A program made the position numbers and the translations under genes. DNA of 64,000 nt from a virus: the IMG/VR virus record IMGVR_UViG_3300032246_001270; one strand, written 5' to 3'. How positions within the stretch are numbered: position 1 is the stretch's first letter; each line of letters begins with the position of its first letter. The notes under the pieces were generated by a model. That model was not told where the DNA came from, searched no databases, and saw nothing but the letters and a program-made list of their open reading frames with translations. Shown here piece after piece: positions 33,601 through 41,003 of this stretch.

Positions 33601-33741
33601 TCCTAAGAAAAAACTCTTAGATACAAAAAGAGAACCACTAATAATGGCATCATTACCTATAATAACATTTTGTCCAATAGTAAGTGAACCAGTTATATTT
33701 TGTTGTTCTTCAATTTGTTTACGAGGTATTAATCTTGCCAT
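21676..33741 (-). CDS. Giant virion structural protein (4021 aa): pectate-lyase-like beta-helix N-part, 21 CxRD helical repeats, 21 single-helix repeats, conserved C-terminal part
   Basis: LYVSSTDGNDNNDG..PLRTIKRA, SPYVQNCS, SMVLDAYTQ and C-terminal GGRIYFTSGNQDGDFRIG..INQATGT..GRTFSKSLF resemble large T4-like cyanophage structural proteins; repeats counted from the translation. Confidence 0.85.
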   Translation of the reverse strand: MARLIPRKQIEEQQNITGSLTIGQNVIIGNDAIISGSLFVSKSFFLGTNTGSFNEITGSIFLTGSLTIDGILKTAAPNTILSVTSSNTLNAVNTQRYADILAKDFGANLPTLYVSSTDGNDNNDGRSIQYPLRTIKRAAALSTPGYDGRYGFDTGSIYNGYVIKVQAGTYLEDNPVILPKNTTIWGAGLRITKINAKNPTYDLFLVNSGCYIAEVTMGGLRLYPDQVNPERGFAVAFQPGAFITTSPYVQNCSQISNQENSFTELYEEIPPGGGGLYVNGDVIDPDSPLASMVLDAYTQISPNGVGCLVNGRGFIQLVSFFNNFSYYAIRVNNGGHATLNNSNISFGLYGMYASGSRFISGSGGNIAARDSVRATWGCVVDVLNKGLEKGLPTITKLNTAEGIRLSSPALYTQSIVSAGTELSTTAADEISADYRLISEIVDKGVTNFPTLLAKSSIKGYGFDSPYNILGAEQITSSISATQYDLNTISSSYAAILSILGNGTGSFNFKSNTSASKQIGNDVIEPIANIATNYTASVSSSFGTIINIISKGISIKPTYIANTSASIKAGNTEQIMLGVTSSLETINSISASFSIVYNILANGTGSNILPIPVNHQKSFVITNNNSSSFDFDGIGSNPTLTLFRGQTYKFNVSAVEKSGGIEYPFWIRTQQLEGITDTYDYNIGVVNNGDSRGTITFTVPYNAPNKLYYVSQNKSSMGGKIEIVNSSTTPFDLIKNTLTYPAIIQSGSVAKTNIDIVTAYEILVNNKEFIKDEVIQFVSSSWSGFSYPEETCKRDVGYIIDGVAKDLLYGGNEESIRNGLFYYQYPSQATTTQLGPTLTAMKHAAGVSLNLIRGNIYVEPTTEVYDVWTTIRDNKTFIQNEVITYLSSSWSNFYYNEAKCRRDTGYILDAVATDTKYGGNERSITAGQYYYQYPSLAIVRGDGDGVGQLGQTTDGIRYASGLVDNLLKQKTFTTPDVSTLSAYNNLIKNKELIQNETIQFINVAFPNLKYNQATCKRDVGYIVDNVATDLLYGGIERGVTAGRYYYDFPSLATTTQRTSTIAGVKYAKIIGDTIVQNQILDTPRIVYNDERNFRASSLSNITSSFSGSITQQTSIGNSFSIIEGIVAKGLSSIKYLLAKNTGLNWNKYNALSVTNDSQITSSNTTSNEVNTIGRNFDIVNTIIGGGVVAEPLFTASQANAIAVTGTPQITASLAVSGSVDNLISASIAYVATIITNGTGSLGTLVSNLNSNVKVTNTPQYITGSSYYGTNTQSTQLSSSIKVITDILEGGLSFVPTLTSNVSASIKVTNTSQYISSSYSASANNVNFISSSISIVTNIIEGGEFSAPAFQTYTNRVTSSNSVAAYEILKNNIPFIQNETIAYLSSSWAGFIYDETKCRRDLGFILSGSAEDLIWNANSASVFNGLFYWEFPSQAQGAQLQQTLDGINYASRLAQKVIQNVQFNTASVNILNAASLLINNKVFIQDETIAYLSSSWSEQAYIESTCKRDVGYIIDAIRTDLVYGGNERSRNAGIFYYLYPSQATGSQLLPTLDGINYASRMIQKIVTGSVFVSADGNKVNASNLILRNKNLIANEVVAYVSSSWSEAEYNQAKCLRDTKYILDAVRTDLVYGGNERTRFAGEYYYRYPSAAIVGGVPSVTQQLDPTITGVNYANQVVQNIIKNIVLSAPSTEVLNVASLLKTNRVFLQQNTLDYANETYPNLQYIQSKCYRDTGFIVDAIITDLVYGGNERSITAGRFYYLYPSQATGVQSKETIDSLNFTKGLAKLVAIGGKSIEDGFNIVSKVIESGSNSAPNVVLNTEAGIKVTTAQQITSSIYVETNDKYIVSSSFGNILNILSNGTGSIPTNIVKNTNKGVNVLGGEQITSSITPTISEIIKVSTGFNTVIDIVANGTGSLPTIVTNVNSLIRRTATNRYLTTASIALTYLTASNNSFDIVLDIVENGTGSLPTLVKNTNSLVKITNTNQFTSSVIISSSLARNISGSFDKIINILENGTGSLPTITSNVNNIKVTNATQYLGGTPATQTEANAISASISIVTNIIANGIDSLPIVTLYTSSISSSNIIAAYTILKNNLDFIVSESIAYLSSSWSTASYDENKCKRDLKFILSGSAEDLIFNANSASVFNGKFYYEFPSQAQGAQLNQTLDGIKYASRLAQKLVLNTQFVTQSAQIKNAYTLLVNNKEFIKNEVIPYISSSWSTHQYIESTCKRDIGHIIDAVSTDLLYGGNERSVNAGVFYYLYPSEATGSQIQETVTGIQYARDVAFKILKGNTFTKVSQNKLQAKELIYNNREFIQNEVISYISASWSTASYNQTTCKRDVGYILDAVTTDIVYGGNERSINAGKFYYQYPSQATTSQLGPTLSGIKYAKDLTDSVLKNLIFVSASNSNVTAYELIFNNKGFIQNETIAYLSSSWSSFPYNQTTCKRDIGYILDAVATDILYGGNERVAKAGEYYYLYPSLATEGNDGDTGGQLNQTLDGIKYAKGITEKIVENLLLQSPTTSELTGFNLLIDNKKFIQSESIAYLSSSWSGDDGFYYNETTCKRDIGYIIDAVRTDLLYGGNERSSKAGEYYYLYPSAAILTGSISPTAATQKGPTLDGINYVAGTAQNVVANKVLISPTGFVTSSVSLLRQNKKFIQNETVQYIDAFFPNLVYLREKCRRDVGYILDAVITDTLYGGNQRSIIAGQYYYLYPSLATKSTQVRETVAGVDYAKALSKAIAQNIKLNSPILTTNTDGNIKVSNVTQFISANSGSSNEITNVSSSFSTVTKIIKGGVSVEPTIISNVESRIKINNISPITSASAASTIEIGLITSSFNLITDIIKNDSSSLPDSLVSNFSSLYGFNLNNPNLWNISSDSQTIGAGTYPIETNVASSSFETLVNIIANGTGSIPELVTNASGSITKTGLLPIVNTQTAEEFEINKVSSGFGTILDIVENGVSMISTIIPNVSSSIKVTNTSQLISGSAGGRLQGKLISSSLSLVIDVLLNNGTSSITFKPSTYPIANTNAKINSAYNLLVSNSKFIVDETIAYMSSSWSGFDYTQSKCERDLVGILSGSAFDLLYGGNSASLFNGKFYFDFPSQATGSQLDQTITALKYASGVAENVVQNILLTHISSSATISASFEALTKNKAFIQSESIAYVSSSWSEFGYNEIKCARDIGYIIDAVRTDLLYGGNERSVVAGRYYYDYPSQATDSQLEPTLTGVRYAKGLALNVIKNAQFYVTSSSTINSYNSIRNNKKFIQSESVAYINAKYPDFYYNEETCKRDVGYILDAVSTDLLYGGNERSSKAGEFYYLYPSEATGIQLTETIDGIKYAGRLVSASINNWLIPTPVSQSSGLTPSNNLSKIAAYDLLTKNIGFIQSESIAFLSSSWSGFEYDSSVCSRDIRYIVEAVAGDILYGGNHSSSLAGISYWEVPSKVTGSQLDPTITAIDYAKGLATKLVQNLSFNTASLDVSSSVALLRNNRTFIVSESMAYLTASWSNFEYNKVKCARDLGYILDAATTDLLYGGNERSVIAGDFYYKYPSKAILLGDGDGVGQLGQTIDGINYASRIAQKIVGGTIFVTASLEASASFDLLRKNKAFVAEETIAYVSSSWSGVYYNQTTCKRDVGYLIDAAATDVLYGGQERTVIAGQYYYLYPSNAINKGVPSTQNQLDPTLTGIRYAGKLSKKIINNPIYLVPSASLLTTAKLLTDNKQLIQKETITFLSSSWSNLKYNEVSCSRDLGFIIDAIRTDLVYGGNERSIEAGSYYYKFPSVAILDSYGDNNGQKKQTLDGINFARGISEKIVANTVLTYLAPATKRRQAAERLKGSKDELKQRAIGYTNGAFPYLVYNEASCSRDTGFIVDACVTDLLYGGNERGIAAASSYYDGQYGSAQAVISSQKLETLETNRYLRTKAEFIAAGAPLVSFGSLIVATGIDYSYNGSGVTFKALPPNQGGSGVANPIYEITQLAGGRIYFTSGNQDGDFRIGTGLSINQATGTLVGRTFSKSLFSLVTPFSLALQI

Positions 33742-33745
33742 TATT

Positions 33746-34132
33746 TTATACGATTTCTGCTATTTTTCCTTTTATTTCAAAATCCGTTGTTTTCACTTCA
33801 GCTGGTAATCTTGTTATACCTACTATAAATGTAACAAATATATTAGTATCATCCACTTCAACCGTATAACGGTCTTGCGGCTCCTTTACTCCAAATAAAT
33901 ATACATCAATATAATCTTTAACATTATCTACTGCTAAAATATCAAATATAAATTTTTTATTTACTAACGTTAATCTAATTAAACTTCTATCTTCATTTAA
34001 ATCAATATAATTTGGTATATATGAATAAATAAAAGTATCAGTATTAACTTTTAGAACAAACTTTTTAAAATCTGCTCTGTTTCTCAACTTTTGAGTTGTA
34101 TTAACATTTATATTTGGTAATCCTCTTGCCAT
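33746..34132 (-). CDS. Neck-region hypothetical protein with small beta domain
   Basis: IDVYLFGV..DRYTV..IFVTF..DFEIKGKI resembles the C-termini of the two upstream genes; tight gene packing. Confidence 0.65.
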   Translation of the reverse strand: MARGLPNINVNTTQKLRNRADFKKFVLKVNTDTFIYSYIPNYIDLNEDRSLIRLTLVNKKFIFDILAVDNVKDYIDVYLFGVKEPQDRYTVEVDDTNIFVTFIVGITRLPAEVKTTDFEIKGKIAEIV

Positions 34133-34133
34133 T

Positions 34134-34490
34134 TTATAAAAATTTTTCTATATCTCCATTTACTTTTACTTCATCACTATCATCAATCACATATGGATTG
34201 CCAAATCTATCAAATTCAGGAAAATTTGTTTTTATAAATTTTATATAAAAATTATTTCCTTTATTTTCAAAAATATAATCATTTTCAGATATAAGTAATC
34301 CATTTATGAAAACATCAAATCTTGCTGATGGCTTTCTTAAATCAACTAATTCATAAAATAATGTTTTTTCTCTAATACCATCACCTTTAAATATCCAATA
34401 ATAGGGGTGCACTAAATCATAAGAAAATAATTCAAATTCATTTGGTTCATTAACCTCTTTCATTATATTTTTAAGTTGTCTTATATTCAT
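34134..34490 (-). CDS. Neck-region hypothetical protein with small beta domain
   Basis: FDVFINGLLI..DYIF..FYIKF..DEVKVNGDI; tight gene packing. Confidence 0.65.
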   Translation of the reverse strand: MNIRQLKNIMKEVNEPNEFELFSYDLVHPYYWIFKGDGIREKTLFYELVDLRKPSARFDVFINGLLISENDYIFENKGNNFYIKFIKTNFPEFDRFGNPYVIDDSDEVKVNGDIEKFL

Positions 34491-34492
34491 TT

Positions 34493-35554
34493 TTATATTT
34501 CTTGAAATTTACCAGTTATTGCTATTTCATCTTGCGGTTCTATTATAAATGTTAAATCATGGAATACAAAAATTATTTCATTTGCAAATCCATCATAACT
34601 ATATGTGTAAAATGATGGTGATATAAAATCTCCATTTATATAAATTCTAAACCAGTTATCAGTATCAAATACACCTATCAACTCAGATGGTAGTATTGGT
34701 TTTTTAACATTAATTAATTTAACACTATTTGCATTTACAAATTCTGCCATTTGAGAACCTCTAACTGCTATAAAATCTATAACTTGTGCGTACTCATTAT
34801 ATAAAGATGGTTTTGTAAATATATTTCCTGTTAAATCCGTTTCAACGCCAAATACAATTCTTTTCTTTGTAAATTCTTTTCTTACAATTGGTTTTTCATT
34901 TTCAGTTTCAGGCAAAAGATAAGCATTTACATTCATAGTAAATGTTGTACGAATAATTCTTTCAGAGCCCTGTCCTACTTCTTGTGCAGTATCGAATGAA
35001 TCTATTCTTGTTCTAAAACGAAAACTATCTTCTCTACCCCAATATCTATCACTCTCATATTGAAATGCTTCAACAATCTTATTCATATGTTCTGTAAATG
35101 ATGTCCAAATCATTACTTCATATGCAACTGTTACATATGCAGGTACAGCTACACTATACATTTCCATCAGTGGTTGTACTCCACTTTCTAAACTAAATCT
35201 TTCATATCTATTTTTTGGTGAATACTTTTTAAAAGCGGGCATTCTAACTTGCTCTCTAAAGTGTTGAATACCATTATCTCTTTCTACTGAATTTCTTTTA
35301 AACATTACCAAAGGAATTTGTATTTTTCCTCTTTGGTCTCTTAGGTATCCATCTTTTCTAGCACCATTCCATCTTTCTGCATTTCCATATACTAATGGAA
35401 CTTTTACAACATTACCATGCTCCTCTAAATTTGGAATAATAGTATCTGCCATATATTGAGCAATAGTAGTATCAATATCAATAAGCTTTACACCTTTAAT
35501 ATATTGTTTATCTATTGATAATTGATTGGCCCTATTTGTATCCTTTCTTTCCAT
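34493..35554 (-). CDS. Tail terminator / sheath stabiliser, T4 gp15-like, with C-terminal extension
   Basis: VKVPLVYGNAERW, IQIPL, VPAYVTVAYEVMIW..HMNKIVE, RIIRTTFTMNVNAYL; follows the neck genes. Confidence 0.7.
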   Translation of the reverse strand: MERKDTNRANQLSIDKQYIKGVKLIDIDTTIAQYMADTIIPNLEEHGNVVKVPLVYGNAERWNGARKDGYLRDQRGKIQIPLVMFKRNSVERDNGIQHFREQVRMPAFKKYSPKNRYERFSLESGVQPLMEMYSVAVPAYVTVAYEVMIWTSFTEHMNKIVEAFQYESDRYWGREDSFRFRTRIDSFDTAQEVGQGSERIIRTTFTMNVNAYLLPETENEKPIVRKEFTKKRIVFGVETDLTGNIFTKPSLYNEYAQVIDFIAVRGSQMAEFVNANSVKLINVKKPILPSELIGVFDTDNWFRIYINGDFISPSFYTYSYDGFANEIIFVFHDLTFIIEPQDEIAITGKFQEI

Positions 35555-36015
35555 TATATTACTCTCATTTCAGTTTGTATTGTACTTCTTCTAGTCATAA
35601 ATGTAGAACATATAATTGAAAAGTGTTCTATATCACCAGTTCTACCACCAACTAATTGGTCTTCTTTTACATTATCAACTTCAAAATATGCATTATTATG
35701 AAAAATAATATCACCAATTTCAGGATATATATTTTTATCTTCTAGCGTAAATCTATTAAAACGAAATTCTGCAGTTTGACCTATATCAGAACCAAATCCC
35801 TCATAATTAGATTGAGTATCATCTCTCTGAATCATAGCATTACAATCAACTCCCTGATAATAGGTTTTGGAAAGCGATTCTCCATAGAGATTAGTCTTAC
35901 TATCTTCGACAATAAGTTTGTAAAGAATAACAGCTGTTGTTACAACTGCATCTACCAATTCTCTTGAGATTCCTTCAAAGAATCTTATATCTCTAGCTAA
36001 TGCAAATCTTGCCAT
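35554..36015 (-). CDS. Head closure / neck protein, T4 gp14-like
   Basis: NLYGES..K, YPEIGDIIF..YFEVDNV; lies between the gp13-like and gp15-like genes. Confidence 0.7.
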   Translation of the reverse strand: MARFALARDIRFFEGISRELVDAVVTTAVILYKLIVEDSKTNLYGESLSKTYYQGVDCNAMIQRDDTQSNYEGFGSDIGQTAEFRFNRFTLEDKNIYPEIGDIIFHNNAYFEVDNVKEDQLVGGRTGDIEHFSIICSTFMTRRSTIQTEMRVI

Positions 36016-36016
36016 A

Positions 36017-37180
36017 TTATCCTATATAAATTGCTAACGGAACTTTTCTTAACATTTCTTGATGTTGATTAGCTTCGTTATTACGGTTTTCAAATTGTAC
36101 TTTTCTACTAAGTTCTTCTAATGTTTCTCTCAATTGAGTCATTAGAGCTTCTTTTTCGGTTTGAGCTTCACTTCTTAATGCGGCTCCATCTAAACTAATT
36201 TCAGAACCCGGAATAGGAATTGTAGAATATTTTTCTCTAATAGCACCTAACATTTCTTTTACCAATGCTAATGTGTATTTTCTAATCCATTGCTTACCAA
36301 CATCATTAATACCACAATATTCAATAAAATCGTATCCTACATTTGAATAATCAGAAACTACATTTGGTGTTACACTTGTTGATTTTTCTATAAATTCTGT
36401 TCTAACAAAATAATCAAAAAATAATTTACCATATTGTCTTATTGTTGTTGAAGATGGTACTGGAAATACTCTAATTTTATTATCTACAATATTAAATGTA
36501 AATGCAGATTTTCTAAATTGGTCATTAAATTCAATTGCTTGTATTCTTAAAAGGTCTTCAAATACAGGCATTAATACAAATTGTGCTGCTGGAGAAAATG
36601 AACCAAAACCAAATTCATCAATTAAATTTAATGTACCCTGTCCACTTACTGAATAAGGGTCAAAAAATCTATTGATTGCCGGAACTGGTTCTTGGAATAC
36701 TTTTACAATATCTATTCTATTATTACTTTCAGATACATTTCCCCATAATTCCATTAAATCATATTCTTGTTTTCCTGCTACCAAATTAATATGTCCCTTT
36801 TTAATATCAGTATTACCACCAACTCCTGCTAAAGTCCCATATGCATCTGAAATTGCTATTAGTTGTGGTAAGTTTGTACCATTAACTAATTTTTGAGAAT
36901 AGTTTGTACCAGTCTTTTTACCCTTTAAAGAGTCTAAATTATTACGAATATTAAATTGATTGACTTGTGCACCATATTCAGATACGGATTCCTCAAAACA
37001 TGCATAGAAGTTTTCATCCTGCAATTCTACGTTTTGAATAGGGAAACCCAATCTTCTAGCACACCATAGTGCCATTTTAGGAGCATCTTCTTGGAAAGTG
37101 TAATCTTCATCGTATATTCCAAAAGGAGTTTGTCCCGGAAAGAATGATGATGAACCCGGATATATTAATTCTTGTGCCAT
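36017..37180 (-). CDS. Head completion / neck protein, T4 gp13-like
   Basis: RRLGFPIQNVEL, WIRKYTLALVKEMLG..R.KY..IPIPG..LDG..L..EA..E...L. Confidence 0.75.
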   Translation of the reverse strand: MAQELIYPGSSSFFPGQTPFGIYDEDYTFQEDAPKMALWCARRLGFPIQNVELQDENFYACFEESVSEYGAQVNQFNIRNNLDSLKGKKTGTNYSQKLVNGTNLPQLIAISDAYGTLAGVGGNTDIKKGHINLVAGKQEYDLMELWGNVSESNNRIDIVKVFQEPVPAINRFFDPYSVSGQGTLNLIDEFGFGSFSPAAQFVLMPVFEDLLRIQAIEFNDQFRKSAFTFNIVDNKIRVFPVPSSTTIRQYGKLFFDYFVRTEFIEKSTSVTPNVVSDYSNVGYDFIEYCGINDVGKQWIRKYTLALVKEMLGAIREKYSTIPIPGSEISLDGAALRSEAQTEKEALMTQLRETLEELSRKVQFENRNNEANQHQEMLRKVPLAIYIG

Positions 37181-37207
37181 TTATAAGTACTTATTTTAAT
37201 CGTTACC

Positions 37208-37216
37208 TATAAATAT
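37208..37216 (-). promoter_or_regulatory. ATATTTATA upstream motif
   Basis: 28 nt upstream of the neck gene start at 37180. Confidence 0.55.
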
Positions 37217-37247
37217 TAAGAATCAAAAGAATAGTGTTTAGAAAGAA

Positions 37248-38546
37248 TTATCGAACCCAATACCAAATAATGTTTGGATATCCCACACTAGCTGCTCCAA
37301 GCCAAGGTGCAACCGGGTCCCAATTACCAGTAACTAATGTTCCCCACCAATTACCATCAGCTCCATTTGTTGTTATGAATGCATTACCATCAGGTCCATA
37401 TGCACTTTCGTTAGTATAGAATGGCATACGGAATTCCACATTACTATCACCATACTCCCATGAACCCGTATCGGGTGCTTGTAATGTTCCACGATTGTAA
37501 TCAAATTTTTGTATTTGTGATATGTTTTTTCTCCACCCATTAGTGTTTTGGAATGGGTCTCCTCTATCAACATAAGGATTTGTACCTTGCGGTGTTTGTA
37601 TAAAACTATATGGAGATAATGCTGTATATGCACCTCCGTTATATCCTCTAAGATTTGCATCAAACATATAATCAAAATTAGATGCTGATTTCTTAATATA
37701 GTCCGCCCATCCAATGATACTATAATTTTGAGATATATTTGTTGGGTCAGTCGGAGGTGTTAAGGTATTTAGAGCTATTGCGTTTTCAAATGTCCAACCG
37801 GCAGAAGTACCATTGGCTAGGATTAATGTCCAACCACCACCCAATGTTGTCATATCTGCGTAAATTTGAAAAGCAGAACCACTATTGATATTAGGGTTTT
37901 GTATCCAATATAATCCATCTGCTGAAGCTGGGAAATCTGTTTTAATTTGATATGCTGATTCACCTGCTCTTAATTCAGTTGTACCATCGTTTGTTGGAGG
38001 TATTGGTGGATTTGCTGTAAATGTTATTTTAGTTTCTAATGGCGCTACAATATTTTTATACTTAAATGGTATATTAAATACTTCTCTATCATCCGTTGAT
38101 ATAAAATTGGTAACAGTATGTATCACATCCCAATCTTCTTCATTATTACTACCATACATTACCCAACTTTTAGGGTCTCTAGCAGGTTCATCATTTGCAG
38201 TCTTCCACTTATATCCAATAAATGCCGTAGGTTCATTAAAAGAAAAAAGAATTCTACTTCCACCAGATATAAAATTTAAATCTAAAAATTTATTTCCATT
38301 AGAAGTACTACCATTAACTAAATTGCCTACCACTTCATATGGAGGAGTTGCATGTCCATCTAATAATACAGGAGAAGTAACACCCATATTAGGTATAGTA
38401 TTATCCGCATTTATGAATTGAAATTGAGCTACCTGTACATATGGTACACCTCCTTTGTTATCAGTAATATGCCAAATATAATATTGGTATGGTACTAATA
38501 TATCCGAAACAGGTGCTTTTGATGTTAGTTGAAATGTAATTGGCAT
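37248..38546 (-). CDS. Lectin-like virion protein: discoidin (F5/8C)-like plus fibrinogen-C-like domain
   Basis: TANDEPARDPKSWVMYGSN..W (discoidin-like); SAYQIK..DGLYWI..QIYADMTTLGGGWTL (fibrinogen-C-like). Confidence 0.7.
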   Translation of the reverse strand: MPITFQLTSKAPVSDILVPYQYYIWHITDNKGGVPYVQVAQFQFINADNTIPNMGVTSPVLLDGHATPPYEVVGNLVNGSTSNGNKFLDLNFISGGSRILFSFNEPTAFIGYKWKTANDEPARDPKSWVMYGSNNEEDWDVIHTVTNFISTDDREVFNIPFKYKNIVAPLETKITFTANPPIPPTNDGTTELRAGESAYQIKTDFPASADGLYWIQNPNINSGSAFQIYADMTTLGGGWTLILANGTSAGWTFENAIALNTLTPPTDPTNISQNYSIIGWADYIKKSASNFDYMFDANLRGYNGGAYTALSPYSFIQTPQGTNPYVDRGDPFQNTNGWRKNISQIQKFDYNRGTLQAPDTGSWEYGDSNVEFRMPFYTNESAYGPDGNAFITTNGADGNWWGTLVTGNWDPVAPWLGAASVGYPNIIWYWVR

Positions 38547-38548
38547 AA

Positions 38549-40990
38549 TTAATCCAAATTATAGAATCCATTATCAATATTCCAAGCACCATCAACATAA
38601 ACTGCTGTTGCTAAAGAACGAGCCGAACCACCACTATCATCCCAAAATGGTGACCAACTGTAATTATATCTTGTTATACCAAGAGTACTTCTTAAACGAT
38701 TGAGCCAAATGTAAATACCATTAGGATTTGCAGTTCCATCCCCTTTAAGTGCAAATTTAACAACTTGTCCATCGTATAATCCATCAGGTAAAATCCAATG
38801 ATTATCGGTTTCTATTCCAGTTACATCCAATAAATGAATATCTTTTGTTATATCCAAAGTTGTTGCCCCACTATGACTACTACTAGCAAATGGTGCGTAA
38901 TTAACTTGCTGAATTAATGAACCGCTTATTATTTGATTTCCTATAAATGTATTAGAACCAGTTGTTGCTAAATTATATGCTCCAATAATATTACCAGGAA
39001 CAATCAATGAACCACTTGTATCAAATCTCCAATGATGTGTATCTAAATTAGTGCCTATAACAACATCACCAGCATTCTTTTCAATTTTAACATATTGGTC
39101 ATCATCACCTAAATATATATCAACAAGTGATGGGTCTCCAGATACTAAATGGATATGACTTTGTTCTGAACTACCACTACTACTTAATGAAATACTTTGT
39201 GATACGAAGAATACAAAATTATAAATTTCAAATGTGAATCCACTAATATCACTTAATGCTGGAATTGTCCAAGTTAATGTTTTAGTATATTCATCATTAT
39301 AGATAAGACTTCCACTTAATGATGTTCCCAATTGTTCTTGCGTACATCCCGTAAATATATAAGGAGCCGAACCACTTACTAAATAGTTGTTATTTGGAGA
39401 AAATGTTAGGGTTATTGTATCGCCTAAATAAAATCCTGATGGGTGGTCTGAATAAAGATTAGCTATACCAGTTTGCCTAACAACTAAACTTTGTCCAGCA
39501 GCTGCTCCAGCCGGTGTGATAATTATACTACTAGAATTTTCAGTAATACTACTACCACTTCCAAAATACATTGAACCACTAATAATTTGGTCACCTATAA
39601 ACACATTTGAACCAGTTGTTGCGTATGTTGTTGGAATAAATGCCGTTGTTTGTATTGATGAATCAGGAAATGTTAATTGTCCGCTACTTCCAAAAATCCA
39701 ACTGTTGCCGCCCACTTGTAGTGTGCTGGCATTTGATAAAGTGTTTGACAGCGTGTCTCCACTGAACACAAAATTGCCAAGACTAGCCCCACCACCTGCT
39801 CCAAATCCTAATGCGGTTATTTGATTTGAAGAAGATATAATACCATTTGTTGCTAATAAAGAACCAATAATAGTATTTGCTATAACCGAACCAGTTATAG
39901 TTTGGTCACCATAAAATATATTTGAACCAGTTGTTGCAAACTTACCTCTTTCAAATCCAAAATCAGTTTTTGTCCAAATATTAGTTGGTTCATAATCCAA
40001 CCAAGTTAGGGTCATTGTTTGAGTTCCACCAAGGTAATTACTATTCAAATTATCAATTTCACAATCCCAGTTATCTCCATCCGAATATACACCAGTCAAT
40101 ACATAAGTTGTGTTGCCAGAGGTTGTAATACTAAAACCATTACTATATAAATTTGGTACACCCGGTTGATTTTTTGGAATAGATACGTGGGTGGAATATG
40201 GTATGCTTTGATTTACAATTATCTGATATGTTTCGTAGATAAAACTACCAGAACAATAGTAAATTGAATTATTATCAATTTTTATAGTACCATTAATATC
40301 ACCCAAAGAACCAGTAAGATTTGTTGGTATATTACTACTACTTAAAATTAATGAGCCACTTAATATAATATCACCACCATCAATTATTAAATCTGAATTA
40401 AATGCATTTATATTTCCGTTATTAACTACCGTTGAAGATATGGTTAATGAACTACTAAGATTTAATGAACCACTTAAATTAATGTTACCAATAATGTTTT
40501 GATTTCCTCTAAAAATGTTTGAACCAGTTGTTGCAAATGAACCAGTATCAACTCCACTAAATGCAGATTTTGCCATTAAATTCCAATATCCAGTTTCAAC
40601 TGATGGTATTCTATTTAGGTTAGTTGCGGTACTTACACAAACATAAGATGAACCCTGATATTCTACGACCGTATTTAAATCACCATAAATAGCTTCCGAG
40701 TTCCAAGCACCTGCCCATGTAAACGATGAACCAACAGGTCCTTGAGAACCATTTGCACCGTTTACTCCAGAAGTTCCAGATGTACCATTTAGACCATTTG
40801 TGCCATTTAGACCATTTGTGCCATTTAGTCCATTTGTACCATTAACTCCGTTTACACCAGATGTTCCAGATGTACCAGCTACACCACTACCACCAATACC
40901 ATCAGGTAAATAAGATAATGGTACTTTACTACCACTATCTAATGGAGCATATCCACCGGCTCTACCTCTATTTATTTTACTTTCAAACAT
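38549..40990 (-). CDS. Modular fibre protein with short Gly-X-Y tract and CBM5/12-like module
   Basis: GGYAPLDSGSKVPLSYLP, GTNGLN repeats, WAGAWNSEAIY..VVEYQGSSYVC..YWNLM, four ATTGSNxFxGxQ motifs. Confidence 0.75.
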   Translation of the reverse strand: MFESKINRGRAGGYAPLDSGSKVPLSYLPDGIGGSGVAGTSGTSGVNGVNGTNGLNGTNGLNGTNGLNGTSGTSGVNGANGSQGPVGSSFTWAGAWNSEAIYGDLNTVVEYQGSSYVCVSTATNLNRIPSVETGYWNLMAKSAFSGVDTGSFATTGSNIFRGNQNIIGNINLSGSLNLSSSLTISSTVVNNGNINAFNSDLIIDGGDIILSGSLILSSSNIPTNLTGSLGDINGTIKIDNNSIYYCSGSFIYETYQIIVNQSIPYSTHVSIPKNQPGVPNLYSNGFSITTSGNTTYVLTGVYSDGDNWDCEIDNLNSNYLGGTQTMTLTWLDYEPTNIWTKTDFGFERGKFATTGSNIFYGDQTITGSVIANTIIGSLLATNGIISSSNQITALGFGAGGGASLGNFVFSGDTLSNTLSNASTLQVGGNSWIFGSSGQLTFPDSSIQTTAFIPTTYATTGSNVFIGDQIISGSMYFGSGSSITENSSSIIITPAGAAAGQSLVVRQTGIANLYSDHPSGFYLGDTITLTFSPNNNYLVSGSAPYIFTGCTQEQLGTSLSGSLIYNDEYTKTLTWTIPALSDISGFTFEIYNFVFFVSQSISLSSSGSSEQSHIHLVSGDPSLVDIYLGDDDQYVKIEKNAGDVVIGTNLDTHHWRFDTSGSLIVPGNIIGAYNLATTGSNTFIGNQIISGSLIQQVNYAPFASSSHSGATTLDITKDIHLLDVTGIETDNHWILPDGLYDGQVVKFALKGDGTANPNGIYIWLNRLRSTLGITRYNYSWSPFWDDSGGSARSLATAVYVDGAWNIDNGFYNLD

Positions 40991-41003
40991 TCTTTAGTTT
41001 GTT

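Noticed and set aside
21676-33741. Calling this a true phycobilisome subunit or photosynthesis auxiliary gene
   Set aside because: Lacks the N-terminal X/Y/A helices, is embedded in a virion-type beta-helix protein, and has no lyase, linker or bilin synthesis gene in the window; kept only as a fold/ligand hypothesis.
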